DNA of 64,000 bases from Clostridia bacterium 41_269 (GTDB lineage Bacteria; Bacillota; DTU086). Every line of letters begins with the position of its first letter. The stretch's first letter is position 1. The stretch covers positions 2,493-66,492 of the forward strand of contig LGEZ01000009.1 of NCBI GenBank assembly GCA_001508005.1, in the 5' to 3' direction. Below the pieces are notes generated by a model. The model saw nothing but the letters and a program-made list of their open reading frames with translations. It was not told the origin of the DNA and did no database searches. Positions 63,355-64,000 of this stretch are shown here, piece after piece. Both the position numbers and the translations under genes were made by a program.

Positions 63355-64000
63355 ATGTTTAAGCTGGAAATATTTAAAAAAGCGGCTGTTTTATTAACCG
63401 CCCTTATACTGATGTATAATGAATTTTTTGGGACATTTTTTTAAAGTTTTCAAGCTTATTGTGGTAAAAGGTCTGGAAGAGCCCTATGATGTTATTTTTA
63501 AAGAATTAAATTACGGTCTAATAACTGACAGCTTAACAGGGCTCTTCAATAGAAGGGGATTCATAGAATTTTTTGAAAGGATAATCAAAAAGCAAAAATG
63601 GAAAATAAAAGCTTTGGCCTTTTCATGATTGATCTGGATAATTTTAAGAATGGTAATGATATGTTTGGGCACCTTGAAGGAGACAGAATTCTTAAAGATT
63701 TTGTTTTACTTCTTAAAAATGCAGTAATAAGGGACACGGATGTGGTGTGCAGGTAGGGGGAGATGAGTTTGTTGTTATTATTACTTCTCCCTGTGAAACA
63801 CTGAAAAATATTGAAACTCGCGTACGAAAAGCAGTGAAAAATGGCTTAAGGAAGATGAAACAGCTGCGAAAGCACAGCTTGATGTAAGTATCGGCAGTGC
63901 CTGCTGGAAACCCATATGGATGATGATGTGAATATTCTTATCAATGCCGCAGATAGAATTATGTATGCAGAGAAAAACCTTAAAAAGCTGAATAGAGCAT
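63355..64000 (+). pseudogene. decayed GGDEF diguanylate cyclase (runs off window)
   Basis: TDSLTGLFNRR, MIDLDNFK-NDMFGHLEGD, GGDEF, VSIG and ADRIMY occur in different frames. Confidence 0.85.

Overview
Core chromosomal region of a low-GC, endospore-forming Firmicute (Clostridia-like; a second TrpB2 fits a thermophile but does not prove it). Every supported gene is on the + strand. Order: MraY-like (partial), DUF3866, nudF, hypothetical, spoIIM, hypothetical, xerD, deoB, pdp, dacF, glnA, spoIIAA-AB-sigF, spoVAC-D-Eb-Ea-F, three CoA-activase/dehydratase-like genes, trpB2, lysA, site-2 protease, trpS, scpAB, ytfI(broken)-ytfJ, dacB-spmAB-rluB, cobO, hypothetical, ilvC, hypothetical, hutP-like, aroH, trpEGDCFBA, aroF-pheA-tyrA-aroA-cmk-plsC, ispH-rpsA fusion, DUF1614-spoIIP-YIEGIA cluster, DUF512-der-plsY-gpsA, spoIVA, thrR-hom-thrC-thrB-aspartokinase, and a decayed GGDEF gene. 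No rRNA, tRNA, CRISPR, prophage or intact transposase was seen. The most interesting signal is non-coding. Three 5-nt-periodic NAG arrays (TRAP-type sites) lie in the trpE leader (with terminator/antiterminator), across the trpG-trpD junction and over the trpB2 start. A separate three-way RNA switch of unrecognised class precedes aroF-pheA-tyrA. An atypical HutP-family RNA-binding protein gene, with no hut genes nearby, sits just upstream of these operons. Also seen: anti-Shine-Dalgarno sequences inside sporulation promoter spacers, an internal start in the IspH-S1 fusion, a candidate ThrR operator, IS-end remnants at terminators, and homopolymer frameshifts that are probably sequencing errors. 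All calls are by eye; no database search or folding program was run.
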